The position numbers were made by a program, and so were the translations under genes. 64,000 nt of DNA. It comes from a virus (taxonomy: Duplodnaviria > Caudoviricetes). Under the pieces are notes generated by a model. It had not been told where the DNA came from. It did not search any database and saw only the letters and a program-made list of their open reading frames with translations. Every line of letters starts with the position of its first letter. Positions within the stretch are counted from its first letter, which is position 1. This document shows, piece by piece, positions 37,852-49,000 of the stretch. The DNA lies in IMG/VR virus record IMGVR_UViG_3300042317_000620, positions 9,170-73,169 of that record; one strand, given 5' to 3'.

Positions 37852-39285
37852 CTATAACAATTCTAGCATATCTTGGTGTTTAATCCATTGAATATCTTTT
37901 TTATTTATAATATCAATATATTGATAATATAATTTTTCATTATATTGATCAATTACAGAATAATTTTTTATACCATTTCCATAGTATATTTTTATAAAAT
38001 AATCATTGAGGTAAGACCCAGTCTTGTTAACAAAATCAGATTTACTTGGAACTGGAATGTTTGTTTTCATTTGTTCTAAAAAGTTTGATATCTTATCTGG
38101 CATTTTATTGTTTTTAGTAAAATCTTGCCAAAAACTATTATTTTTTTTGTTAGTTACGTAATGTATATAAATTGCAGCAATTATGTCATCTTCTAGATTT
38201 TTTATATAGTTATTAATTTTATCTCTAAAATTGATTTTATCAACAAGATATTCCTCAAAAGAATCTGCAAACTCTTCCATAACTGAAATAACATTCATTA
38301 ATGCGCTTGCTTCTAGTGGTTCAAAAAAACTAGCAGATAATCCTACTGCTAAACAGTTACCAATAAATTGCTTTTCATAAAATCCAGCATCATACTTTAT
38401 ACATCTTGCTGGTTCCCAGTTTTTATTTATTTTAGTTTTCATTTCTAGCACTGCATCTTCTTCGGAAATAAAGTTACTATCAAAATTATATCCCATGCCA
38501 TATCGTGATCTAGTTGGAATTTCAAACGTCCATCCATAGTCTAGTGCAGTTATTTTACTATAAGGTGGAATAGAATCTCCCATTGGAACTTGACCAACAA
38601 TAGAACTATTTATTGGTAAGGTTTTGTTAGCGCTTATCCATTTTTCTTTATAAAAGTTTCCAACAATAACTCTATTAAATCCAGAACAATCAAAAACAAA
38701 ATCTACATCCATAGAACTGTTTGATAATTGAATAGAATTAATTTCATCGCCCTCTGTTTTAAAACCTACTACTAAATCATCAACTATTGTTATTCCCATA
38801 TCAATGGCTACTTTTTTTAAAAACTTTGAACATAAAAATGTATCAAAATGTATTGCTGTTTGTAATCCATTTTTTTTATTAAAAGAAACAGGAACTTTAT
38901 TTTGCAATGAATATTTTGTACTTTCATCTATGTTTATTAAACTACCATCTTGTTTTATGGCTGTAGATATTAAAGACAAATACTTATCATTATAAATTTT
39001 ATTTTGTAATATTAATGGAACAAAGAAATCAATATCTTCATCATTCCAGTTGCAAAATAAAGACCCCATCTTGATCGTGGCATTAGTCTCTTTCATAAAA
39101 GTACCAATATCAATACCAAATTCTTTTAACATTGGTAAAAAATTTCCAGAGGTTGCCTCTCCCACACCAACAATGCCTATTGAAGAGTTTTCAATAACTG
39201 TAACATTATGATGTGGGAATTTTTTTTGCATCTTTAGAGCAACAATATAACCAGATGTTCCTCCTCCGACTACAACTATTTTCAA
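37852..39285 (-). CDS. Flavin-dependent halogenase, tryptophan halogenase family
   Basis: GGGTSG, GVGEAT, ATIK, HFD, DCSGF, GWTFEIP, FFEPLEAS. Confidence 0.88.
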   Translation of the reverse strand: MKIVVVGGGTSGYIVALKMQKKFPHHNVTVIENSSIGIVGVGEATSGNFLPMLKEFGIDIGTFMKETNATIKMGSLFCNWNDEDIDFFVPLILQNKIYNDKYLSLISTAIKQDGSLINIDESTKYSLQNKVPVSFNKKNGLQTAIHFDTFLCSKFLKKVAIDMGITIVDDLVVGFKTEGDEINSIQLSNSSMDVDFVFDCSGFNRVIVGNFYKEKWISANKTLPINSSIVGQVPMGDSIPPYSKITALDYGWTFEIPTRSRYGMGYNFDSNFISEEDAVLEMKTKINKNWEPARCIKYDAGFYEKQFIGNCLAVGLSASFFEPLEASALMNVISVMEEFADSFEEYLVDKINFRDKINNYIKNLEDDIIAAIYIHYVTNKKNNSFWQDFTKNNKMPDKISNFLEQMKTNIPVPSKSDFVNKTGSYLNDYFIKIYYGNGIKNYSVIDQYNEKLYYQYIDIINKKDIQWIKHQDMLELL

Positions 39286-39821
39286 ACCGAATATCTCCTA
39301 TCGTATCCAGCCTTATTAATTTGTTCTGCTGCAAATTCCCACTCAGCATAATTTTCTTGAACAATTCCATGCCCTTCAACGATTCTGTTATAGAAATTAA
39401 AAATTGCACAAACTGAAATTGCATCCTTGAGTTCTGCTTCAGAAAATCCAGCATCAAAAACATTTTGATAATCAGATTTTGTTAGTTGTGAAGGAGTCAA
39501 AGTTAACTTTTTAACCAAGTCTAAAATTGTTTTTAGTTTGTGACTTTCATAATCTTGATCAACAATATTTTTTAATTCTTCTTCATCTGCATTTAAAGAT
39601 TTTGCAAATACAAGATGAGATCCAGTGCAGTATTTACATCCATTCAAAGATGATGTAAACATAGCAACAATCTCTCTATCTTTTGATGAAAGGGCGCTAT
39701 CCTCTCTTAAAATTTCCTGAGCCAAAACTAATGCTGTTCCATACTTTTTTGGATTTTCCATAAATACATCTACAATTGTAGAATTGTTATTAAAACTAGA
39801 AAATACGTTTTCAATTGCCAT
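39282..39821 (-). CDS. AhpD/carboxymuconolactone decarboxylase-like protein
   Basis: REIVA..S.LNGCKYC..SH, FNFYNRIV. Confidence 0.85.
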   Translation of the reverse strand: MAIENVFSSFNNNSTIVDVFMENPKKYGTALVLAQEILREDSALSSKDREIVAMFTSSLNGCKYCTGSHLVFAKSLNADEEELKNIVDQDYESHKLKTILDLVKKLTLTPSQLTKSDYQNVFDAGFSEAELKDAISVCAIFNFYNRIVEGHGIVQENYAEWEFAAEQINKAGYDRRYSV

Positions 39822-40765
39822 TATTGTAACCTTCCTATTATGTCTGATTTAAAATCACTTTCTAACTCTATTATATCAGAATCTAGCATATCTCCAATAT
39901 CTTTGTACTTTTTATCAAGTCTAATGATTTGTGATCTGCTGCCTATTTTTTCAACTATTTTACTTCCCATGGAGTTTCCAGCATCATCATTGTCAACAAT
40001 CACACACACTTCATTAAAATATTTTTTAAGCAATTCTATCTGAGAACTTGATACATTTGCACCTAATGTTGCTACTGCTGAAAATCCAACCTGGTCTAAT
40101 CTAATAGCATCAAATGAGGACTCTACGACATAAACTTTATTTGACTGTTTTACTCTATGCAAATTAAAAAGTATTTTACTTTTTGGAAGTCCTGGAGTAT
40201 TCTTAAACTCTTTATTTTCAATAGTTCGTGCAACAAAACCAATGGTCATTCCTTCTGGGGATTGAACTGGTATTGTAACCATATCTTGTTTTTCAGAATA
40301 GCCAAGGCTAAACTTCTCTATAGATTTTTTTGTTATTTGTCTACCTTCAAAATATCGCATTGCTCTAGGAGACTCTAGCGTTTGATTGTTCAATCTTTTG
40401 ATTAATACCTCATCATATTGAATAAACTCTTTTGGTTTATATAACTTTTTATTAATAAGATTTTCAATGTTAGTTTCTTTTTCTTTACTCTTAATAAATC
40501 TGATAGACTCAAAATAAGACCTACCAGTCATCTTCATAATAAGTTCTTGAAGTTCTGCTGTTTGCTGACAACTAAAACAAAAGAACAATCCACTTTCTTT
40601 AGACACTTCTCCTGCTGGTGTTCTTGTGTTATTGTGATATGGACAAAATATAATAAAGTCTGAACCAACTTCTGATTCTAATGTTATGCCTGATCCAACA
40701 AGGACTCTTTTAATCTGTTCTTCTGTATATGTATTGGTCTGTACCCGTCTACCGCGATTATCCAC
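39821..40765 (-). CDS. dnaG: DNA primase
   Basis: CPYH...CFSC zinc finger; TOPRIM VVES.FD and DND.AG. Confidence 0.88.
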   Translation of the reverse strand: MDNRGRRVQTNTYTEEQIKRVLVGSGITLESEVGSDFIIFCPYHNNTRTPAGEVSKESGLFFCFSCQQTAELQELIMKMTGRSYFESIRFIKSKEKETNIENLINKKLYKPKEFIQYDEVLIKRLNNQTLESPRAMRYFEGRQITKKSIEKFSLGYSEKQDMVTIPVQSPEGMTIGFVARTIENKEFKNTPGLPKSKILFNLHRVKQSNKVYVVESSFDAIRLDQVGFSAVATLGANVSSSQIELLKKYFNEVCVIVDNDDAGNSMGSKIVEKIGSRSQIIRLDKKYKDIGDMLDSDIIELESDFKSDIIGRLQ

Positions 40766-41007
40766 TGTATCTTCTTTCTTCCAACGTGCATTCCATATGC
40801 TGTAAGGGCAAACTCAAAATAATTTTTGTCACTATCATATTTTAGCGTAAAGTCTGGTTCAATGTCAATTCTTGGGGCATATCCAGTTTCACGCATCTGG
40901 ATGACCAAAAGACGTAGATATTCTTCTTTAAGTCTAGGTATGTGAGATTCATCCTTGATGATGCCATCAAGATAGAAGTTTTTAATCGGTTTGTGATGAA
41001 GTGACAC
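40684..41007 (-). CDS. Hypothetical protein
   Basis: GTG start after TATAAT; lies between helicase and primase. Confidence 0.6.
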   Translation of the reverse strand: MSLHHKPIKNFYLDGIIKDESHIPRLKEEYLRLLVIQMRETGYAPRIDIEPDFTLKYDSDKNYFEFALTAYGMHVGRKKIQWIIAVDGYRPIHIQKNRLKESLLDQA

Positions 41008-41013
41008 ATTATA

Positions 41014-42240
41014 TTATAACGCCTTATCTTCGTAGTCTTTGTATCGATAGTAACCTTTATCAAAGTCTACCTGCACTAAAAACTCACCCATAAAACCATT
41101 ACGATTCTTTCTAAAGGCACACTCAATGATATCTGAGTTAGTTGCCCTACCCAAAGCCATAACCCAGTCAGCATCGTACGCAATCTGTCTAGACCAGGCA
41201 GTCTGACCAAGCGTAGGGACACTGCTAAGATCATTTACATCATCTGGGGTAGCAGAGGAGATAGCAATAATTGGAACCTCTTCTGAAATAGCCATAAGTT
41301 TAAGTTCACGAGACAAGTTCTTCATTCTTACTGTTTCATTATCAGATTTTTGATTTGGTGTCATAAGTTGTAGATAATCCACAATAACAAAGTCTGGTTT
41401 ATATTGGTCTATCTTGCCACGTAGAACAGACGGACTAATCTCTCCACCCTGATCATTTGAGATAATATGAAATGGGTTCTTGCCTTCAAGGTGGCGCTTG
41501 TGCCATTCCTTTAATGTGTCTATCTCAATATTACCTTGACTAATTTTACGATGCGACCAAAGTCCTTCACCCATAATTGTAAATACACGATTACGAACCT
41601 CTGTTTCAGACATCTCAAGACTAATAATTAGTGGTGTCTTGCCTTGCTTCCAAGCCTGTACCGCAAAATAAAGTGCAAGCCAAGACTTACCAATTCCTGG
41701 ATATGCAAGGAATACTCCTAGTTGTCCACCAGTAATTCCAGATGGTAGATAGTTGTCAAATCCTGGTAGTCCAGTTTTAATTCCTACATTGCCCGCTGCT
41801 TCCATTTTTTTGAGATGATCAAAATAAGCAATTGCAGAATCTAGATCAATAACATCAATATCACGAACGGCAGATGTATTCTTTTTTAACTCTGACGTTT
41901 TTGTAATTAAATTATTTAATGCTTCTACACCCTTGTCATTTTGAACATCTCCTGCTGCAGAACGCAGAATGTCTTTAAGGCTATCATTTAAATATTCATG
42001 CTGTAATTCTTCTAGATGGTGCTTAGTTGCTCCAATATCTTCAATTACCTCAAAGTCTCTAAACTTTTCAACGACAAGTGATGCTGGTGGAACAGAACTA
42101 TTGTGCTCAAAATAATTTCTAATAAAATTCCAGATATCTGAGTGCGTTCTAAGAATGCCATCAACGTTAGCCTGTAATAGAACGTGTATCTGCTTATCTT
42201 TTAATACAGCATTAATTACTTTTGCTTCTGAGTTATTCAC
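41014..42240 (-). CDS. dnaB: Replicative DNA helicase
   Basis: AYPGIGKS, SLEMS, IVDYLQLM, SRELK, DAD, KNRNG. Confidence 0.92.
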   Translation of the reverse strand: MNNSEAKVINAVLKDKQIHVLLQANVDGILRTHSDIWNFIRNYFEHNSSVPPASLVVEKFRDFEVIEDIGATKHHLEELQHEYLNDSLKDILRSAAGDVQNDKGVEALNNLITKTSELKKNTSAVRDIDVIDLDSAIAYFDHLKKMEAAGNVGIKTGLPGFDNYLPSGITGGQLGVFLAYPGIGKSWLALYFAVQAWKQGKTPLIISLEMSETEVRNRVFTIMGEGLWSHRKISQGNIEIDTLKEWHKRHLEGKNPFHIISNDQGGEISPSVLRGKIDQYKPDFVIVDYLQLMTPNQKSDNETVRMKNLSRELKLMAISEEVPIIAISSATPDDVNDLSSVPTLGQTAWSRQIAYDADWVMALGRATNSDIIECAFRKNRNGFMGEFLVQVDFDKGYYRYKDYEDKAL

Positions 42241-42541
42241 TTAGCCACGCCCTTGCCTTCCTACGTCTTTCTAATCGATCTTTATCATCTTGCTCTTTAT
42301 CAAGTTTAGCCTTTAAAATTTTTTCAGCATTATATGCAAAATAATTCCAAGACGGATCTTGTGCCACTTTAAAATAGTATTGAAGTAAATCGTAACATGC
42401 TGGCAATCCATAGGACTCAATTAACGCATCTGAGGCCCACTGTTCTACATTTAAATTTAAAGTAGACTTTGCCTGATATCTTTCGTTATGATACTTAGAA
42501 TATCTGCTTAGCAAAGCCATTCGGTCTTTGCGGTCTGCCAT
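42233..42541 (-). CDS. Hypothetical protein
   Basis: Coupled to dnaB. Confidence 0.6.
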   Translation of the reverse strand: MADRKDRMALLSRYSKYHNERYQAKSTLNLNVEQWASDALIESYGLPACYDLLQYYFKVAQDPSWNYFAYNAEKILKAKLDKEQDDKDRLERRRKARAWLSE

Positions 42542-42750
42542 TATTCTTCTATTTCTGCCTTAGCCTCATTGATCTTCTCAGTCAATTTAGCCTCTACAAA
42601 GCCATAGACGCGTTCCATAGCATCGTTGGTTGTCTCACCCTGCCTCTTTGCATCTACTACTCCCAAATCAAGCCGTAGCGATTGAAAATTGCCAAGATTT
42701 AATGTATATCCTAAAGTAACAGATACCTTAGTGTTTTCGTTTTGTTCCAT
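42541..42750 (-). CDS. Hypothetical protein
   Basis: TLNLGNFQSLRLD; GGAGG RBS. Confidence 0.65.
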   Translation of the reverse strand: MEQNENTKVSVTLGYTLNLGNFQSLRLDLGVVDAKRQGETTNDAMERVYGFVEAKLTEKINEAKAEIEE

Positions 42751-42765
42751 TAGTCCTCCAAAGGC

Positions 42766-43311
42766 CTAGTTAATGCTTTCATTCCAAACAGGGATAAATC
42801 TACCATCTTCAGTTCTTGTATATGTAAGTATACCATCGCCCATTCTGCGTGTCAACTCTTGTTTAGTGGGAGTATTATTGTTTGTAATTAGTCCATCTTT
42901 TCTTGGTTGCCCTTGATGAATTGATGCAAGAATATCTCTCATCTCTCTAACCTGACTTTCAGAATAATATGATCTAATCTGAAAACCTACTTTTCCATAT
43001 TTACTACATCCTTTAGGAGATGGAATAATACCTTTTTTCATTAAACGTGGCATATATTTTCTATGTCTATTTAATAGTTGTGATGTTTCACTCACGGTAT
43101 ATGCTCGCTCTCTTTTCTTTTTAAACTCATGTAAAAAACAAATTTCATTTTGATCTTTATTAATGTTGTATAAAGTTATAGTACCAGTAGATCTGCTATT
43201 GTGATATATTCTTACAAGGTCTCCATTAAGAAACCATATTTTTTTGCTGCCAGAAATTACAGGGGCGCTATTGTAGTCTTTGCCCTTATCTTTTCCTGAG
43301 AAAGCAGCCAT
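42766..43311 (-). CDS. Putative DNA-binding protein, MerR-like HTH
   Basis: YTVSETSQLLNRH...GIIP.P...YYSE. Confidence 0.55.
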   Translation of the reverse strand: MAAFSGKDKGKDYNSAPVISGSKKIWFLNGDLVRIYHNSRSTGTITLYNINKDQNEICFLHEFKKKRERAYTVSETSQLLNRHRKYMPRLMKKGIIPSPKGCSKYGKVGFQIRSYYSESQVREMRDILASIHQGQPRKDGLITNNNTPTKQELTRRMGDGILTYTRTEDGRFIPVWNESIN

Positions 43312-43445
43312 GATCCCTCTTTAGAACTATCTGGTGGATGATAAAATTTTCTTTTACCACACATAATACAGTATACCTCAAGATGCTCAGATGTGCTAAA
43401 TTGACGGTCTACTAGGATTTTGCCTTTACATTTTGCACATTTCAA
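43257..43445 (-). CDS. Zinc-ribbon protein
   Basis: C.KC.G...C..CG. Confidence 0.65.
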   Translation of the reverse strand: MKCAKCKGKILVDRQFSTSEHLEVYCIMCGKRKFYHPPDSSKEGSWLLSQEKIRAKTTIAPL

Positions 43446-43885
43446 TTTGGAATTCCAATAACAAGAACATTAACATCTATTGTAGCAACACCATTAGAAG
43501 AAAACTTTGCAACAAGGTTGGCCTCTGATGTTGTAACATTTGTAAGAAACACAGAAACATTTTTACCAGCCTCTGTTCCACCCTTATTCCATGGTGTTGC
43601 AACTACAATTGGTGGATATTTAAAACTAAAGTTAACTTTAAATGGAACTTCTCCTCCAGCCGTAGTGGTAGCAGCATTAGTTACGTTTACAGTTTCGCCA
43701 TATATAGAGGCTCCTGGTGTTGGAACCTCATAACCTGTTCTTGGTGTGGTAGTCCCAACAATTTTAGTATTATTAGAAGATGTTGGAGAGGACTGTCTTA
43801 AAAGTTGATTAACTGTTGTAACAATGCTAGAGATGTATGAAACATCTAATGGCTGACCTCTTTGTGGTATTGGTAACTCAGGCAT
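43442..43885 (-). CDS. Putative minor tail protein
   Basis: End of tail module; F.YPPIVVAT beta-rich C-terminus. Confidence 0.5.
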   Translation of the reverse strand: MPELPIPQRGQPLDVSYISSIVTTVNQLLRQSSPTSSNNTKIVGTTTPRTGYEVPTPGASIYGETVNVTNAATTTAGGEVPFKVNFSFKYPPIVVATPWNKGGTEAGKNVSVFLTNVTTSEANLVAKFSSNGVATIDVNVLVIGIPN

Positions 43886-43911
43886 GATATTTAATTATAG
43901 CACATTCCGAA

Positions 43912-44397
43912 TTAAAGATTTTCTTTAGTTGTTTTAACTAAAATCTGATTGGTATTTATTATCCTATCATATGTTGCATTTTGAACAATAACATTAAAAT
44001 TGTCTACGTCATTTTGATCTAACAGAAATCTAACACTAAAAAATCCTTGTTCGGTCTTGCTATATGAATAGGTTGAAACTGCTGGTTCTCCAACCGCAGT
44101 ATTTGTTTTTAAAAATATATCATAATTTCTCATATATTGCAACTCTATTCCTGAAGGAGCCCACTGTAAGATTACTTCATAAATTGAAGTGCTTCCCTGT
44201 TGTTGTACAGATAAAGTATATGAATATGGAGAAGCAATTGTTGGCAACGCAACCTCTTGTATTTTTGACCAGTGCGATGCTCTGTTTCTATCTTCAGAAA
44301 TAACTCTATATCTTAATCTAATTTTTCCAGTTTGCCCACTAAAAGGTGGAAGATCTTTGTTTTTAATAATAGATTTTTTAATATTTTTATCTGCCAT
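43912..44397 (-). CDS. Putative minor tail protein
   Basis: Position; RYRVISEDRNR.SHWS. Confidence 0.5.
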   Translation of the reverse strand: MADKNIKKSIIKNKDLPPFSGQTGKIRLRYRVISEDRNRASHWSKIQEVALPTIASPYSYTLSVQQQGSTSIYEVILQWAPSGIELQYMRNYDIFLKTNTAVGEPAVSTYSYSKTEQGFFSVRFLLDQNDVDNFNVIVQNATYDRIINTNQILVKTTKENL

Positions 44398-45524
44398 TAT
44401 TCAACACCAACAGACATCCTATACTCTATATAATTATTTGTGTTTGATGCTTTTAGTATTGGTTGCTCATCAGCATTTTTTACTACTGTATATGCTGTTA
44501 ATCCATATAGTGGATTTTGAGTTGTTACATTTTCAATTCTAATTGCATCAAGACCAATATAGTAATTATCGGTCAATGCATTACTTGTAACTGCACAAGC
44601 ATATATTTTTAAAGATGTTACATCTGCCCAAGAAAATCCATCTTCTTGTACAACATCTGAAATATTTTTTTCAATAGTATAATATCTATTGCTTGAAAAA
44701 TCAATGCTTGCGTTTCCTGCATCAACAACATTAAAAATTAATCTTGCTTTTTTAGTAGATGTATTGATAAAATCAACAATAATTTTTACGCTATCTGGGC
44801 CAGTGTAGGGGGTTGAGAGTGTTAGGGCTGCAGACTTATTTATAACAGAAAAGGCAATTTTAATTTTATCAGATAGAGAGTTTTGAGATAAGTTAATTGA
44901 TGTTCCAGTTTTTAAAATATGATATGCCGATGATAAATTTGTAGAAGATGTAGCATCTTTAATACTAGAAAAATCTCCAGCCACAAGAATAACATTATTA
45001 AAAAACCTACATCTTTCATGATAGTCATTTCTATTATTTCTATAAAAAATTCTATTATCAGAATTTGCTTGAAAAACATCATAGGCAACATCAATAACAT
45101 TATCATCACCAGGATCTAATGCAGTAGTTACAACAGGTATATTTGCTGTTGATGCAGTTACTGATTGCCAAGCCTCTTCTTGTGAAAATAAAACAATATT
45201 TCTGCTATCAAATCCCGCAGCAGATGGATTGCTTCCAGCAGAATAAATTCCAATTTCAGTAATTTCATATTTTTCCTGGCTAGGAAGTTCTCCTGTAAAC
45301 ACTAACTTATTTACTCCATCTTCATATACATAACCACGAGATGAAATCGGTACCCTAAACATTTCAAAGTCTAACGATTCTTTTTGTGCATATGTATTAA
45401 AACTGTGTGAGTCTGCAGACCCTAATGGTTGTGGTCCAGAACCAAAAGCCATGTAGGATGCGAATGCTGGGGCAGTGCCTAAAAGGTACTTTGCCACAAT
45501 TTCTTTGCCAGTATTAGTTATCAA
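44397..45524 (-). CDS. Putative tail/baseplate protein
   Basis: MITNTG...MAFGSG...ITEIGIY typical of tail-tip proteins. Confidence 0.6.
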   Translation of the reverse strand: MITNTGKEIVAKYLLGTAPAFASYMAFGSGPQPLGSADSHSFNTYAQKESLDFEMFRVPISSRGYVYEDGVNKLVFTGELPSQEKYEITEIGIYSAGSNPSAAGFDSRNIVLFSQEEAWQSVTASTANIPVVTTALDPGDDNVIDVAYDVFQANSDNRIFYRNNRNDYHERCRFFNNVILVAGDFSSIKDATSSTNLSSAYHILKTGTSINLSQNSLSDKIKIAFSVINKSAALTLSTPYTGPDSVKIIVDFINTSTKKARLIFNVVDAGNASIDFSSNRYYTIEKNISDVVQEDGFSWADVTSLKIYACAVTSNALTDNYYIGLDAIRIENVTTQNPLYGLTAYTVVKNADEQPILKASNTNNYIEYRMSVGVE

Positions 45525-45526
45525 GA

Positions 45527-46075
45527 CTAATCAACCCCTAATGTATCATTATATATTGTACCACCTGAAATGATTTCAATTTGAATTCTTTCATCAGAAG
45601 CATTGTCTTTTGTTTCTATAATTAAGTCTCCATTTGCATCTATATATACATTAGTTCCATTTGTGCTAGAATCTGTTGGAACATCTGGTATTCTAGTGAG
45701 AAGGTTAATAGCAAAATTGAAAAAATACACATCTGAAGTATCCTGAAGGGCTATAATCTTTTTTGGATCATAGGTGTTTTTAAAATTTGCAATATTTGCA
45801 ATAGGCTGATAATCTATATTTTTAGTATTAACAAAATTTTTATTACTTAATATTAAAAGTTCGTGTCCAGCAATTTGTTCAAACAACAAATTTACAATTT
45901 CTCCCTCTCCTATAGGATTTATAACGTTTTCATCAAAACCAACATATTGGGGAGTTGCTATTTTAATAGAGGCTTTTGTCACTAAACTAGATGACTTTTG
46001 ATCTATTTGTGGAACTGGTGGTGTTGCTGGTTTATCTTTGGTCATTTCTAACCATTCTTCTTCCCAAGTACCCAT
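45527..46075 (-). CDS. Putative tail protein
   Basis: Position; GAGGTG RBS before MGTW. Confidence 0.5.
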   Translation of the reverse strand: MGTWEEEWLEMTKDKPATPPVPQIDQKSSSLVTKASIKIATPQYVGFDENVINPIGEGEIVNLLFEQIAGHELLILSNKNFVNTKNIDYQPIANIANFKNTYDPKKIIALQDTSDVYFFNFAINLLTRIPDVPTDSSTNGTNVYIDANGDLIIETKDNASDERIQIEIISGGTIYNDTLGVD

Positions 46076-46076
46076 A

Positions 46077-49000
46077 TTACACCTCACTCAAATAAACTGT
46101 CATAGATGGTCCACTATCATTTCTATCGTATTGAATATTATAAACGATAAATCTTGTATTTGTTGTTGCTACCATATCAATATCATCATTGTTTTTATAA
46201 TCAATAGTAACAATATCTCCTAACTGAACTATTGGAGTTGCAAACATTTCAATCCCTACTGATTTTTTAGGTTGCATTAGTTTATTAATTATCCACCCCA
46301 TTAAATTTTCAGCATCGTCAGATGTTTGAATATAATCACTTTCAATAGAAAAATCATTTTTTCCATAAATAATTCTGCTATTTTTAATGGTATTATATTT
46401 TTGTTCTTCAGTAACAGGTGAATATACAATAGCATTTCCTTTAAGTTCTTGATCTGAAAAACTTGAAGTTTTCTTAAAATAATCATCAACAGTTAATGTA
46501 TTAGTATTATCTTGTGTAAATGCAATACCTAGAATATTTAAAAAATTAAAAGATGTAGTTCCTAGGTCTAATAAAGAATCTGTTGAATTAAAAATTAAAA
46601 ACTCTGCGCCATAAGCATTTGATTGATAATTTGAAATAGTAAAATCTTTTACTCTGTCTTGTGGTTTTAATATCTGTGAAGATAGTGCTGGATATGCATT
46701 ATCAAATCTAACATTTAAATATGCACACTCTCTCATAATAGTTCCAAACTCATCATAAAAAATTTTATAATTTGGATTATTCCCAGGGCCAACACCAGAT
46801 AAATATGTATCTTGTAAAACACCGCTTAGTGCATATTTTCTTAATGAGTCCTTAATATTAATTGAGTTACCACTAAATACTTTACTAATTGGCTCAGTTA
46901 TAGCAGTTGCTCCATTAGTAGAATAGTTTGGTCCCATGGCAAGTAGATGTTCAAACATACACTTTGATCCGCCACGAGTAAATAGTGCCGTATTATAATT
47001 TTTAGGAAGTGGGTCTTTGTCATCAACCGTAGCAATTAAAACATTGTTTATATACAAATAAAATCTTCTGCTATTTTGACCCAAAAGATTATCTACATAC
47101 TCTACCGCTAAATCATAAACTGTTGTGTATTTGTCTTCAAACTTTTTAGAAATACCAACAAAGTTTCCAGAGTCAGATAAAATATCTCCGTTGCCACTCC
47201 ACAAAAGTTCTGGTATTGCTTTAGTAGAATCTGAATCTTTTTTAATCTTATAAAATATAATATCTGGTTGCTCTTCAGTTCCACCATCTAAAGAAATAAT
47301 TTCAAAATAATAACCATTGTTATTTGCTGCATTAACCAATACACCAAGTCCTCCAGAATTACCAGATAGTTTAATTGGTTGGTTTGGAGAACTTGTTGGT
47401 ATTTGATAATATATTGATCCATCTAGTGGTGTAAGTGTTTTATACGAATCATTATTTTCGTCTTGAATTTCTCCAACAGATGCACCAATAATTCTAATTC
47501 TTGTACCAAAATAATTATATCGATCTTGAAAACTTTTAGTAATAAGCGTAATAAAATTTGTTGCATTTGGATCAGTACTTGTAAAGTTTGGACCTTTTAA
47601 TACAAGTGCTGACGATTGTATAACTCCTTTATGTTTTTGTGGATTAATAATATTAGTTGTTGATATTTCATTTTCTGTTAAATTAGATTTGCCCAAATAC
47701 TTTTTAACAACACTGTTGGCTGTAGATTTTTTAGCCAAATCATTATCTACACCAGCAGGGCCAGTTGTTGTGCTTCCAGCAAAAGTACTTCCTCCAAAAA
47801 GATACTGTGATTCCATAACACAGCCTTTTCTGTTATCATAACTTAACCATTCTTGTAAAAGTCCAGCAGTGTGATAGGCAATTTGTGTTCCAAACTGAGC
47901 CCTTCCACTTGATATTACTGCACCTTCTTTCATTCTACTAGTTCCAGCAATAAGTTCATAATATGGCTCAGAGTATATTCTTACCCTACCAGTATGATAT
48001 ATTTTTCCATTGAATGGCATATTTGATAAATAATATTTATATTCAGCATCATTACTAATCCAAACATTTCCAATTCCTGCGACATTATACTCAACAGCAT
48101 CATATTTTATAACTTCACCATTTGCATAAAAATAACCTTGATATCTAACTAACAAATATGCACTTTCGCCAAAATCAACAACATTATTTTGAATAACTCC
48201 ACCTTGAACGGTAGGTGGTAAATTGCTAAGATCTTTATTTAAAACAAGCGCAGCAAGACTATATCCTCCAGAACTATTGCCAATCTTTGATTCTTGTGTA
48301 TCTTGTATTTGCCATAACAAAGATGGTTTGTATATCCAAGATTTGTCTTCAGAACTAATACTTGTTTCTTGTCCTAATTGACTATACATCTTATCGATGT
48401 ATCTTGTTTTATAAGTAATCTTTCCATCATTATATATTTTTTTATCTTGAGATGCCACACTAATAATATTGGCAAGTTTTTTTCCGTCAATAATTTTGTT
48501 TTGAATAATATTGACAGTGTCAGTTACTTTTGAACCTATTAGTTCATAATTAATAGGTCTTTGCGATGCGCTTGGCATTAAATATTCTTTGCTCATAACT
48601 ATAAAATTATTATATTCATCAAAAAACATTGCCGTCTGTGTTGATATTGCTAAATCATTTAATATTTCCGCTAAATTTTTATCTGGACTAACAAAAAAAT
48701 ATGGAATAACTGGATCAATATCGTTAACATTTCTTTTATAAATATAATTGCTAAATCCAACATAATCAAGTAATAGTGCTACAGCATAACTTAGTGAAAC
48801 ATTTGTAATAAATAATTCTGGTGCTGGCATTGACTCAAAATAAAAATATAAATCTCTTAATTCAATAGAAATTGTTCCACCTGTTATGTCTGCTTGAGGA
48901 AAACCTTCTGAGTATAAAGTTTTTATTGGAACTAAATAGTCATATCCAGAAACATTAATAACATTTTCATAAAAAGTAAATTTAACATTTTTTCTAATAT

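Noticed and set aside
25079-42240. Inteins or introns in terL, recA, dnaE and dnaB
   Set aside because: Ordinary lengths, uninterrupted frames and no splice-junction motifs noticed
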